Source of the DNA: Octopus sinensis
Taxonomy: Eukaryota
Reading direction: 5' to 3'
DNA: 64,000 nucleotides
Assembly (NCBI RefSeq): GCF_006345805.1
Contig: NC_043002.1
Span: 33,542,001 to 33,606,000 of the forward strand
A program made the position numbers and the translations under genes. The stretch's first letter is position 1; the number at the start of each line of letters is the position of its first letter. Shown here piece by piece: positions 37,100-50,500 of this stretch. The notes beneath the pieces are model-generated. The model saw only the letters and a program-made list of their open reading frames with translations, searched no databases and was not told the DNA's origin.

Positions 37100-38640
37100 G
37101 TAGGGATCAGGTTGTCAAGTTTGTATATTAAGGTGTGGTCTGTTCTTTTGTATAAACAGATTTTCCTTGTTTAGGCGTTCTTGTAAGGAGATTGAATCCT
37201 TGTATTGGTATAATGGGAAAATATGAAAATTCGGTGTTTTATTTCTTGCGCATATGTCAATATGTTCGCTCAGAGCTATCTGCCTGTATTGAAGAAAATG
37301 AATCTGTTCTTTATGTAGTGTAACTCTGCATCTCAAAGTAAGGCTCGTTTGGCCTACATAATTGTGGCCACAACCTGAGCAGGCTACGACATAAATTAGT
37401 TTCTGAGAGGCACATGTGAAGTTGGTTTTAATTAAATATTTTTCTCCTTGCTGGAATGTGAGCCTTAGGTTTGGACATGTACCCCAATTAGGTCGTCCGC
37501 ATTTCTTTAGCTGTTGGTATCGTATGTGTTGACTACAGTTTTGCATTTGTTAGATGTTTCTGAAGTGATTTGCGTTGTCTTTTGCATTTGAGGAGTTTAT
37601 GTGTATTCAGAATGTTGTTCCTTTTTGGATCGTGAATGAGCAGAGGGAGATTTTGTACGATTGTGTTGTATGCTTCATTGTTTCTAAGGGTTGTGGGTTG
37701 ATATGAATGGGAGTGATTTAAAGTGAGGCATGGTGTTGTGTTTTGTTGTCTTTAATGTGTTTGTGTCTAGTTCCATGGTCTATCAATGCGGGTGGGTATT
37801 GGCGTTCAATGAGTGTTATTTTGAGGTCCTGTAGGCGAAATTCCCGAGTAGCTGTATCAGATACAATTGTACAGATGTTTTGCTAGATTGAATGGGATAT
37901 TTATTTTGAGCTGAAAAGGAGATACTGTTTTGAATATGTTGGTTTGTGGTAGATGTCGGTGGCAATTTCATTGTTGGATTTTTTTATAATCAAAATGTCC
38001 AGAAATGGGAGCTGTTCATTGCTATATTCCATTGTAAATTGAATATTGGCGTTTATATTGTTCAGTGAAGGATATCATAGGTTTCATTCCTGATGATAAA
38101 ACAATCGTCTAAGTACCTTCTCCAGTTTTCTCTTATATACTGGTGGAATAGGGATCCAAATTTTTGGAGCGAAAATTCATATAGAGTAGATTCAAAGAAA
38201 CCCATTATTAGGTTCGCAAGGACAGTCGTTGCTTTTGTTCCCATCGCAATACCGCATTTTTGGTGATAGCATGTTTCATCGAATAGGAAGTAATTGTTTT
38301 GTAGGATGAACTTCAGAGATTCAATGACAAAAATCTAGGTTTATGGGGTCCGGGGGAACTTCGGAGTATTTTTCTAACCAGAACTTTATTGCCTCTATTC
38401 CGTAGTCATGTGGAATGTTGGTGTATAGGTTGATGACATCGAAGGAAACTAATAGTGCTTCTTCGTTGGTGGTTTTTGGTAGATCCTCTTGCATGTCCAT
38501 ATCGTCTTTAATGAAACATTTTATATATGTTTTCATCAACACAAGATCTATGTGATTTAAGGTGAGCCTGGTGACTGAACATTTTGGGTTCTTGCAATTT
38601 ACTATCGTTTGGTGAGCCATATTGCAAATTCAAGATGATT
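37100..38640 (-). mobile_element. Penelope-like retroelement (RT + GIY-YIG), frameshifted
   Basis: LVSFDVINLYTNIP, MGT...LANL.MG.FE, WRRYLDDCFII; GIY-YIG: LIYVVACSGCGHNYVGQT..LR.R...H...RL..E..FI....P.LN. Confidence 0.93.
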
Positions 38641-39639
38641 ATACTGTAGTTGTTGTTCCTTCTTATGAAATCAATAATTTCTTGCTTATAAACATGCATA
38701 TCATTTATTAATAATTGCAAGATAATAAATTTGAATAATTTTTTTATCTTTATTTTCTTTAAAATCCAAAATTCACTTGATAGAATATAGGCATTTCTAG
38801 CTGTGTCTGTATGGGCAGTACTGAAGTCATGTACGTAGTAAGGCTGTTCAGAGAAGGCATTAGTCAAAAGTGCTTATATTTTACAAATTATTTTTAAACT
38901 TTAATATTTAATTGATAAAATTATTTTTAATATGCTAGTGCACTTAAGTAAGTCTAACTTTTATTAATTTTCACTTTCAGCTTTACTTGCTTTCTACGCT
39001 TTTTGCTAATTCCTTTTTAGTTGCTTCCCTTTTTCTTTTTAGTTAATTATCTAATCAGGCTAGTTCATTAATGTTTTATATGCTTCATATGTACACATCT
39101 AATTTTATTGGGGAAAGAATATAGTCATTTTTGGCTGTTTCTATAGGCAGCCTGAAAGCATGTAGTAAGGCTGTCCAGAAAAGGCATTATTATAAAGTGA
39201 TTATATTCTAAACGTAATATTTAATATCGAAATTAATTTAAAAGGATTTTCATATATCAATTTTTGTAGTATGGGAATGAAGGTAATTTTCACTTGTGTA
39301 TATGTGATATGCTTTCATAATTACTGTTGTATTGAATCATTATTGATAGATCTAGATCAGCAGCAGTCATTGCTATTATCACCAACTCAAAATCTAGGTT
39401 ACTTAAGGTGAGCCTGGTAACTGATGGTTTTGGGTCTTTTTGTTTGTTACCGATTGGTGAACCATAGTGCAACCTTTGAAATGGCAAAATTCTCTGCCAT
39501 TAATTTGATGTGGATGGGTAATATTAGTAGCTGTTGTTCTTTGAAAGTTTATCGAATTCAATTTTCAATAAAGTAAAATCTTAGATTATTAATTGACACA
39601 TTATTAATTAGCATCATAGCATAACCTGGAAAAAACATG

Positions 39640-40098
39640 GATTACATGGAAAAATGAGAGCAAGCGAAATAATATTCTTAAGATTATAAACCTGGAAAAG
39701 TTCAGGACAACTTATTACATCTGGTAAAGTACAAAACAAGACAATTTTTACTTAAAATATTACAGCTAAGGATAAAATTTGAATATTAAAACTCATTTGA
39801 TCTTCATTTACAAAGTAAAATTATAATTAAAAAAGGTACCATCATCTTTGTAGAGTATTGACGCATTAGAATACTTAAAAAACGAGAGCCAGAAGTACCA
39901 ATATAGCTAAAGTTTTATGCAAAGTAGAATAGTATATATGGTAGGTAAATTCATTATGTAAAAATAGGTATATATATATAAAGAGGAATGTAATCATGGA
40001 AATAAACTCAAAATATAAAAGTAAAGGAAAATAAAGTTATGTATTGAGGTGTCGTTTTCTAGTGTGTAGTACTACCTAGCACTTCCACATTACACCTT

Positions 40099-40152
<54 letters not shown>

Positions 40153-40462
40153 GATATATATATGCATACACACAATGAACACTAAACACGCAGATATAAT
40201 TATATATATATATAAGTAAATATGTGTGGGGGTTGGGGTGTTCACAGTCGGAAAAAAGATGAGCAGTTGTAAAGATTAATAATATATTTTATTACATGGA
40301 AAAATGCGAGCAAGAGAAATAATATTCTTAAGATTATAAACCTGGAAAAGTACAGGACCAGTTATTGCACTTGGAAAAGTTCAGAACAAGTTATTACATC
40401 TGGTAAAGTACAAAACAAGAAAATTTTTACTTAAAATATTGCAGCTAAAGATAAAATTTCAA
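39640..40462 (+). repeat. Local direct repeat (~39640-39780 / ~40290-40460) with a variable ~27-28-bp internal unit
   Basis: attacatggaaaaatg.gagcaag.gaaataatattcttaagattataaacctggaaaag shared; ctgg/ttggaaaagt.cag.ac unit occurs x2 vs x3. Confidence 0.85.
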
Positions 40463-41013
40463 ATAAAATATCTAGATTTAGAAAATATTAGATTTTATTA
40501 CAAGTTATCACTTCTATATGTTATTACTTTTTACTTCTATTAAAAATAAAGAGATAACTCAAAATATATTTTGCCCTTTAAAATATTCATTCTTTTAATT
40601 ATTAATTAATAATTAGAAATTTGAAAATAGGTTATAAATAATAATAGTAGTACATAATTAGTTAATAAATAGAATAATACATAAATTAGTTATATATGGC
40701 AGTAAAATCTACCTACAACAACAAATTCACAGTAAAATTTGCTCGAGTTTATGTCTAAGTTATTGCCAAGTCTTCATGTTTTTAGATTGTGTTCTTTTAC
40801 ACGTCACTTTGATATCTAAAATATTTTTTATGCTTTATATTGCTTGACCTTTTATGTACGAATGTCCTTCCTCTAGACTGATTTGCTTCGTCCTCCATTT
40901 TTCATGATTTTACCAGCATGGACTCTAAAATTCTATTAGTCATTAATATTTAAATATTTTATATTTAATTATATATATATTATAGATGATCTCTTCATGC
41001 ACAGAAGGGATTT

Positions 41014-41130
41014 TCACAAAAAATGACTTGCAACTTCTTCAGTGGAGTTAATGATATCGTCTTTGTTGAGTTCAGCTCTTGTCTCTGCTGGACACCACTC
41101 CATGGTTGGCTTTAAGCTTTGCTTCAATCT
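41014..41130 (-). CDS. SLC6 terminal exon: [38 protein letters not shown]
   Basis: 117 nt; acceptor ttttcgtag; RLxxxxxPxxxWxP-type SLC6 C-tail; TGA at 41016-41014. Confidence 0.88.
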   Translation of the reverse strand, partial: RLKQSLKPTMEWCPAETRAELNKDDIINSTEEVASHFL

Positions 41131-41474
41131 CTACGAAAATAAGAACCAAATATACTAATTAACATTAACACAGCCATATGCAACCTTCGACTTTTTCTTT
41201 CCAAGGGGTTAATTAACCAAATATTTACACGTTATTATTTACAGATTTATCTGCTTCGAGTTTTACCGTTCCCAAAAAGAAGTACATATATATATATATA
41301 TATAAATTCTAGGTATAACCGTAAAAAATAACAAGGTAAAAGTTTTTATTTTTCAGTCCCTTCGAAAATTGTTCTTAAATGCGGTTTTGGTCGTTTTGAC
41401 TGCTTCCTCTAGCGTGTAAAAATGACCTGTTAAAGGTAGTTTTCTCTTGTGTTTAAATGTACACTATTTTATAT

Positions 41475-41507
<33 letters not shown>

Positions 41508-41527
41508 GATTTGACAGACAGATAGAC

Positions 41528-41596
<69 letters not shown>

Positions 41597-42133
41597 GTCT
41601 ATCTGTCTGTCAAATTATATATTTATCTATGAGCATACCAATACAAAGAACAGTATAAGGGTGCGTCTCCCGGTTAATCCGAGCGTCTATCTGTCATCAT
41701 TATCCCCATCAGCAACGCAACACCCTGTAATCATCATTATCATTACGACTACCACTACCACCGACTGTATGTGTATTATATTAACTACGTCGGCATACAA
41801 ATATTCGCCGACAAGTCTCAAACATTGTGTTATCTACAAATCACAGTTTCATCTAAGATGTGTGGAAAGATTACTTACATTTACAAATGATCCTGTATGC
41901 TTCATGATTTGTTGTACACCCAATACTGGCAGTGGAATGATGGTAAGTAGAGCAATACCATAACCAACATAGTGAGTCCATTTTGGAAACATAGTACCGT
42001 CGCCATAAAATAAATGTTTGAAGGATATTAAACTCGATATCCAGAGAATCTGTAATACAAATATAATACAATATTACGTCTTACGTATTGTAATAAGCAT
42101 ATATTGTCTTACATATACATACGTACACACACA

Positions 42134-42184
<51 letters not shown>

Positions 42185-44469
42185 GCACAAATAAACAAAA
42201 AACAAACAAAACAAAGATATCGACAAACACTCACACACTCCAATTATCACGAACAAGTATGTACCTAAATTAAACAGCAGTGTTTGTGATAAACCAGTTC
42301 TATTGGTTTGACTCTGTTCTGAGGCTGAACGACAGTGAACTTGTAACTATTGAAGTGTATAACAGACCTATATACTGTAGTGGTGTATAAATCGTATATA
42401 AAATAGGATTTGTTACAGATGGGATTAATAAAGAACTTACAAGAACACACAGTGGATTGATGACAGTCCACAAAGGTTTCCAAACTGGCCAAGGTCTTCG
42501 GCCCAACATTAGGCTGATATCATTTTCTAGTCTTCTGGCTCCTACAAAATAAAATAATGCTGTTAATGTCCATTATAGAAATATATTTCTAACTCATCTA
42601 TGTATCACGATCCTCTTGTAAGTAAATGGTTTTGTTAATATTCTTTACAGAAATATATTACGAACGTAATTATATTTAAAGTTCCTCTTACGACTCTCAA
42701 AGCCTTTTAATAGTTGCTTTTTAATATGTAACTCTTCTCAGTCCTCTGAAACTCTACACAGCCTCCTATACAAATATTCATACTGGCACTCCGTTGGTTA
42801 CGACGACGAGTGTTCCAGTTGATCCGTTCAACGAACAGCCAGCTCGAAAAATTAACATGCAACTGGCTGAGCACCTCTTTTAATATTTTACTTTCGCGAT
42901 TAAGGTTGTTATCAACAAAAACTTGCAAACCTTTAGCAATATCTTTCGCAGTCAGTTTAATGGAATTGTGGAAGTTTTCATATTCCCTTCTGTGATCTCA
43001 ACTTGCACTTGTGCTAACAGTATCAGCCCCCCTCGTTTGATAAATTTTCTCTATGGGACATTATAAATTCATTCACGTCATCCTCAATGATTTCTTCAAA
43101 CATGATATCATTTGCCACTGTCACAATAACTTTCCGACTAACTTTAATGTAGAGTTTCTGCTTGTGAAGAACTTGCAAAGTTACTGATACAGTCTGGCCA
43201 TATATTTTCCAAACATCATTTATAGTTGAGAGTTTCATTTCATCACACAACTCAGCTTTGTAATCCATAGCATCCGTTATATTGAACTTCTTCCAGAAGC
43301 CTCTAACAGTAGGTTAATCATCTTTGTCAACTGCATTCACAAGTAATTTGAAAGCTATTCTCAGATAATGTCTTGACGTCAGCTATCACACCTTAATCCT
43401 GTGGTTGAGCAAAGAAGTTGTATTTGGGAGGATATATTATACTCACATTACCAGAAAGTTCATTTAAGCTGGATGGCTTAGTGAATTGTCTATAAAGAGC
43501 AATGTTTGTTGGAAATATGTCTGGCACTGTGCCTCCCAGCAGCAGAACACAGAATATTTGGAAACCACTCTTTAAGAGGCTCTTAGTCGTCCTTGCCTTT
43601 ACATTTAGAACAAATCAGAGACAGATTAAACTTTGAGCAATCCTTGTAATCTGTTACATTTTTTGGAACGATATACGAATAATGTCTTTAATTTCACATT
43701 ATCAGCAGCATTGCCTCCCAGAAGAAGCACCAGACGGTTTGAAAAGCTTTTATTCCTGGCATTGCTTTTTCTTTTCGAAGAAAACTTCCAGCAACCATGA
43801 GCTTCCAGAAAGGTGCAGTTGCATCATCAGTATATGCTTGCTCTGGTGTGTAGCACTCTTTAACAATTATTATTTAATTTTTCAGAAGCTCTGGGAAGCA
43901 GCTTCTGTATTAACAATATCAAACGCTTTATTAAACCTTCCAAACCAACCTTTACTGGCCAGAAAAGGCTTTTCATTAAAAGTACCAACTTCCATTTTCT
44001 GCAAATCACTACACAAAGGTTTCTTAATTACCTTCGTGATTATTGACACATTACGATGAGTCTCATCCTAGTTACCATAATTGTGAAATTACTGACCGTA
44101 TTCCGAAATTAGTCATGGTATTTTACACTTACTTGGGGTACCGTAATGCGGAGGTTTCTTGTATAGGTATATGCATGTGTGTATGTATGTAAGTGTGTGC
44201 GTGTTTACATATGGCTCTGTGCATGTGTGTGTATGTATGATGTATGTATGTGTTTGTGGTGTTTGAGTGGTGCACGCATTGTGTGCATGTGTGTGTGTGT
44301 TATAACATTCTATATCGTTTTCTTCTATCTCGAGTTTGTACACTGGCATAGAAGCGAATGAAAATGGACAAAATTCTCATTAGGACAATAATGATGTTGA
44401 CGATGATGAAGATGCTAATGATGTTGACGATGACGAAGATGATGAGGATGATGATAAGTAGGAGGGGAT

Positions 44470-44502
<33 letters not shown>

Positions 44503-47500
44503 CGACAACGACGACGACGACGATGACGATATAATGATAATGATGATGATCTTACCGTAAACCCAGGCAACTGCAATGATTTCAAGAAACAATATCAACA
44601 TCAGAGTAAGACTAGCACAGTACCAGTCTATTATTTGTAAGACGTAGAGTCCACCCTAGAAATACACAGCAACACTTATTAGTGTCACTTCACAAGTAAT
44701 CCACATATTATAACAACACGTCAGATATCTTAATTTTGAAAAATGAAAGAAGTATTTAAAAAAAACGCATTATTTTTGGGGGATGGCCCAATATATAACC
44801 ACACGTTGACTAACATATCTTCTCTCGTTATATCAACAGTTTCACTTCCTTCAACATCAAAGAAGGCTGCTCACGCCTATAAACAGTAACAAAATTTCCT
44901 TCGAAGTACATTTATAATCTTTAAAATGGGGAGAACTTATTATGTAATGTAATCCTAGACACTTAAAGATAATACAAGACTCTTGCAGCTGGAATGAACT
45001 CATTGATCATCATTCGTATAGATTCATGTCGGGAGAATGTGAGCCGAAGGCTGCAGTTCTGTGACGGGCTAAGCATCGAATGCATTTTTTTCATAAGAGT
45101 TGTTTGAGTGGCAAGAATTGAGCGAACCAAATGAGCAGAATATATTTAATAGCTTTGAAGTTCAGGCGCTATTATAGTACAGCAGAAAGAGACACATGGA
45201 AGAAACAGAGAAGGGGTAGGAAAGAGAGAGGGAGTAGGAGAGAGAGATGGAGTAAGAGAGAGAGGTGTAGGAGAGAGAGAGTAAGCGAGAGAGGCGGTAG
45301 GAGACAGAGAGTAGGAGAGAGAGGGGTTGGAGAGAGAGGAGTATGAGAGGGAGAGAGAATGTAGGCATAGCGTTGTGCAGTGTGAGCGTAATAAAAAGTA
45401 AATTTAACCAATCAGCCACGTATTCTTTTATTTTTAGGGGTGGGTATCTATCAGGTATGTGAAAGGTTCCTGATTGGGGATTGTATTAAGGAAATTCGGC
45501 AACGGTTCAAAAGAAAAGATATTTTCTGGTCCTGAAGTTAAAACCTATTAATCCTTTATAACATTGTTTTCATTATGGTGTACAATGTTTAAGGAGTAAA
45601 CACATCGGACTCAGAACAGTTACGTATGTTATATTTTGTTTAAGGCAGTAAGCATTTCAGATGTAGAACTATGAGGTATGTTATATAATATTTAAGGCAG
45701 GAAAGGCGGCGAGCTGGCAGAAACGTTAGCACGCCGGGCGAAATGCGTAGCTGTATTTCGTCTGCCGCTTTAATCCATTCGGGGTCGATTAAATAAGTAC
45801 CATTTACGCACTGGGGTCGATATAATCGACTTAATTCGTTTGTCAGTCCTTGTTTGTCCTCTCTGTGTTTAGCCCCTTGTGGGTAGTAAAGAAATAGGTA
45901 TTTCCTCTGTCGCTACGTTCTGCCGAGGTCGACTTTGCCTTTCATCCTTCCGGGGTCGACAAATTAAGTGCCAGTTACGCACTGGGGTCGATCTAATCGG
46001 CTTAATCCCTTTGTCTGTCCTTGTTTGTCCCCTCTATGTTCAGTCCCTTGTGGACAATAAAGAAATAAGAAACGTTAGCACGCCGAGCGAAAGGCGGCGA
46101 GCTGGCAGAAACGTTAGCACGCCGGGTGAAATGCTTTACGGTATTTCGTCTGCGTTACGTTGTGAGTTCAAATTCCGCCGAGGTCGACTTTGCCTTTCAT
46201 CCTTTCGGGGTCGATAAATTAAGTACCAGTTACGCACTGGGGTCGATATAATCGACTTAATCCGTTTGTCTGTCCTTGTTTGTCCTCTCTGTGTTTAGCC
46301 CCTTGTGGGTAGTAAAGTAATAGATATTTCGTCTGTCTTTACGTTCTTTGTTCAAATTCCGCCGAGGTCGATTTTGCCTTTCATCCTTTCGCAGTTGATA
46401 AATTAAGTACCAGTTGCGAACTGGGATCGATGTAATTGACTGAACCCCTTCCACAAAATTTCGGGCCTTGTGCCTAGAGTAGAAAAGAATATTTAAGGCA
46501 AGAAGCACTTTAGTAATATGTTATATATTTAAAGCAATAAGCACTGGAGATTTAAAACTGTGTCGCACTATTCAATGTTTAAGGCAGTACATATTTCAGA
46601 TTTAGAACTGTGAGGTCTGTTATAAAATATTTAAGGCAGCAAACAACTTCCTTAAATATTAGATATGTCGCGTATATTATAATATTTAAGGCGATAAACA
46701 CTTCTTTGCCAGAACAATAAACAGACTTACAGAGGAGCGATTCGAATATTTTAATGTAATATTTAATGGGGTGAGTACTGCTATCTTTTGGAACGTATGA
46801 GAAACTTTGTTTTGGGGTATAACCCACTCTGGTCGAGTCAGATGTGACAGTAGTAAGACTCCATCATGGGTTATATTTGAAGGTGTGCAGTCGTCGAGGG
46901 ATCAAATATTTTCTGGTCCTTGAAAGAAGGCCAGTGTTTTTATGCAATTTTTGTTATGTCAGGGACGTGTGCTTGCCAAGAAAGACCCCTGTAACAAAGA
47001 GCCGTATCATTTCTTGTGACACGGAGGTTTTTATTTGTGTTATCGACGTGGCTCATTCGTTTGGTCCCGGTGAAATGACAGAATGGTTAAATTAATAAAC
47101 CTTACAACTTGAGTTGATTCCTTTCAGACACTAGAACAGTTTCCTTGTTTCCTATTAACACAGTTTATCAAATAAAAATTTTTTAAAAGTGGAAATTTTA
47201 CCGGTTAGTGTGTTATATCATAAGGCAAAGAAAGAAAATTACTCTCCCCAGACACAACAGAATATGCTTCAACGCACGAACTCATATAAAGAATCTTGCA
47301 AGCCAAATCCAAAAACGAAGCAGTTTATCAAGAATTCTGGGAAAATTATCTTTAATACTTCAGTGCTTGAACAAAAGAGTTAATTTCTTTCGCAGCTTTC
47401 TGAGAATGTACAGTGCGTTATAGTTCATATCAACCTCTAGATATTCACAGCTCTCTTTGAGAAGGTACTATTTGGAAGTTTGGGAAATAAATTTTGAGAC

Positions 47501-50500
47501 AGATGTAGACGAGAGACTAAGAGAGATAGTGAAAGAAAGAGTAGAATGTACGTAAAAGGGTGGTTTTGTATTTTGTGTTTGTGATTAAAAACTTCGCTTT
47601 GCAAGTATGAAGTTTCAGTTTCCATCATACTGCTGGCACTTAAAGCAAGTGTTCCCTATTACAGGCCCAAATCGATCCAACTCTTGCGAATGAAACTTTG
47701 GAAATAAGAAATATGTAGAAGAAACCGACGCTGGATTTTTTTTTACTTAATCCGTCATCTCGTTTAACTCCACTACTTGTTCCTTGGATAATTTTAGCGA
47801 GGTTCACTATTGTTGACATTCTTGTCAGATGTTCGATGCGACGATAAATTTCCTACAATCACTTTTAAATGTCCTGGAGTATGACGACCGCTGGCTTTCT
47901 CTTCCTGATGAAACCATAAAAAGACATTGAACAGAAAGAATAAAGATTGAAGAAAGTGGTACAAAAGGATCGGAGGCCTAAATTAGTGTAGAATAATGTT
48001 AATACATCTTGCAGGGACTGAAGTAACGTCGTAATAAAATATGAAAGAGAGCTAGTCCAGCTGCTATATATCAAAGTAAAAGAGGATTAGGAGTTGTTCT
48101 TATGTAATCGAGTTACCTCCCTTGATAACCCTACTGAAGTCTCTTACCTCCGTAATTAAAACGATTCCAAAAAGAAAACAAACTAAACAGACAATTCCGG
48201 TTAACAAAGTCTTGTGATTGCCAAATTTTTCTGGATACACATCTGTAATAGCAGTAACAATCACTTGAATATGACCAAACTGAAAGAGAAAACAATTGAC
48301 ATTTTGAAGAATTTGTATTATAGATTTAAAGAAATCTATATTTAGTTAGATCGATCTGTGACATTTACTTATATATGCTATGTCTAAATACGAAAGATAG
48401 GATGGCCACATGTAGGCCTTTTATCCTAAGTTTACCACATTATATCTGGCTTGGAGCTAAACAACAACCACAAAATCAAATAATCAAACAATCGGTTAAT
48501 TTCAAATTTATCTTTAATCTTTTACTTGTTTCAGTCATTGGACTGCAGCCATGCTGGAGCAGCGCCTTGAACTGTTTAGTCGATCAAAACAACCCCAGGT
48601 TCAGCAAAAGAGACCGATAGAAGAAAGACTGGGGTCGGTTTGTTCGACTAAAAACCCCTGAAGGCGGTGCACTGGCATGGCCGCAGTTAAATGACTGAAA
48701 CAAATAAATGAATAAAAGAATAAAAGAACATTGAAGAGAACATTCCACTTTCGGGGAGTTTTAAATGAAAATAAATTATAGTTATGTTTTTTTTTAATCC
48801 TTAGATCCCAGTTTGATAATGGCTGAGAGCAAATCCAAATAATGAATACATAGTGACTCTGAGATTTTGATACACTATTGGACACCTTCATCTCCGAAAT
48901 TTACAGAGGTGTGAAGAGTATAATGGAAGGAAAAACTGGAAGCGATGGAAATAAAGGGATTTTAAAAGGGAATACGAGGGGCGTTCAATAAGTAATGCCC
49001 CTGACCCACTTCCCGTAGCAGTAGAGCAACGACACTTGGCACAGTTATTAGTCTTTTCCTACATAGGAACTACCCAGAGTTATGCATTTCTCCCATCGTT
49101 TGATACAGCTCTGGAGACCGTTTTTGTAGAAGAACCCAGCTTGGTCCTCCAACCACGACGTGACTTCAGAAATCAAGGCTGCATCATCTGGGAAACGCTT
49201 TCCTTTCAAAATCAACTTGATGGGTGGGAAGAGGTGAAAATCAGAGGGTGCAAGGGGAAGAGGTGAAAATCAGAGGGTGCAAGGGGAGGAGTTCATAGCT
49301 GCACGCCTGTGCTTCTGATCTGGCGACACGCGAGTTGTGGACCGGAGCGTTGTCCTGCAGGAGGAAGATGCCTTTGCTGATCTTGCCCCGTCTCTTGATT
49401 TTGATAGCTTCTCTTAATTTCCTCAAAAGTGAAGCATAATAGGCTCCTGTAATTGTGGTACCCTTTGCCAGGAAATCTGTCATCACTACTCCGTCCTGGT
49501 CCCAGAAGACTGTGAGCATAACCTTGTCAGCGGAAGGCTGCACCCTTGCCTTCTTTGGAGAAGGTGAGTCACGGTGCTTCCACTGCATTGACTGGGCTTT
49601 GGTCTATGGATCATAGTGATGGACCCAGGTTTTATCCTGTGTGATCAGTCTTTTGAAAAATTTTGACTCATCTTCTTGGCACATCTCCAAATTCATCCTC
49701 GAGCACTCAACGCGTTCTTGCTTCTGGAAAGGTGTGAGCAACCTGGAAATCCATCTGGCAGACACCTTTTGCATAAGCAAATGGTCATGAATGATAGTTT
49801 CCACAGACCCGGTACTAATCTTGACCTTATGGGCTATTTGGCGAATAGTTATGCGTCGATCTTCCAAAATGGCAGCCTCAACTTGACGGACAGACGTCTC
49901 ATCAACGGCAGAAGGGGGCGACCAGATCTGGGAGCTGTTTCCACAGAGTTCCGACTATGTTTGAATTCACAATGCCAGCGTTTTACAAGGTCATATGATG
50001 GGGCATCATCACCATAAGTTACTTTCATTTCATCAAAAGTCTCCCGTGGTGTGCGTCCTTTCAAATACAAAAACCAGATCACTGCTCGACACTCAACAGG
50101 CTCCATTTCACACTTGACTCAGTTCAAACACCTGTAAATCAGAAACCACAATTAGTTCAGAGCTGTAATTCGTCACTTAATCTATAGAGGTATAAATAAG
50201 TGCACGTGCAAAATTTCAGCTAGATCAAACAACTGCAAGTGGGTCAGGGGCATTACTTATTGAACGCCCCTCGTAAAAGCCTGCGTTCGGACTGTTCACA
50301 GACAGTTATTTATCTACGAAATCTCAGACTTCTACTGTAGCAACAGCAACAACAATAAGTGCAGCAACCATATCAACAATAACGGCAACAACAGCAACAG
50401 TAGAGGCGCAATGTCCCAGTGGTTAGGGCAGCGGACTCGCGGTCGTAAGAACGCGGTTTCGATTCCTAGACCGAGCATTGTGAGTGTTTATTGAGCAAAA

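Noticed and set aside
43682-44059. 125-aa plus-strand ORF (also 11836-12159, 33340-33687, 38508-38867, 49676-50017)
   Set aside because: Antisense or off-frame readings of transposon remnants.
47865-48074. Hydrophobic ORF as the missing SLC6 TM9 exon
   Set aside because: No SLC6 motif. The true exon is 48279-48148 with proper splice sites and phase.
50403-50475. tRNA genes (also 22696, 29190-29275, 32226, 54270-54345, 63501)
   Set aside because: A/B-box-like heads run on into SINE bodies and lack a complete cloverleaf acceptor stem.
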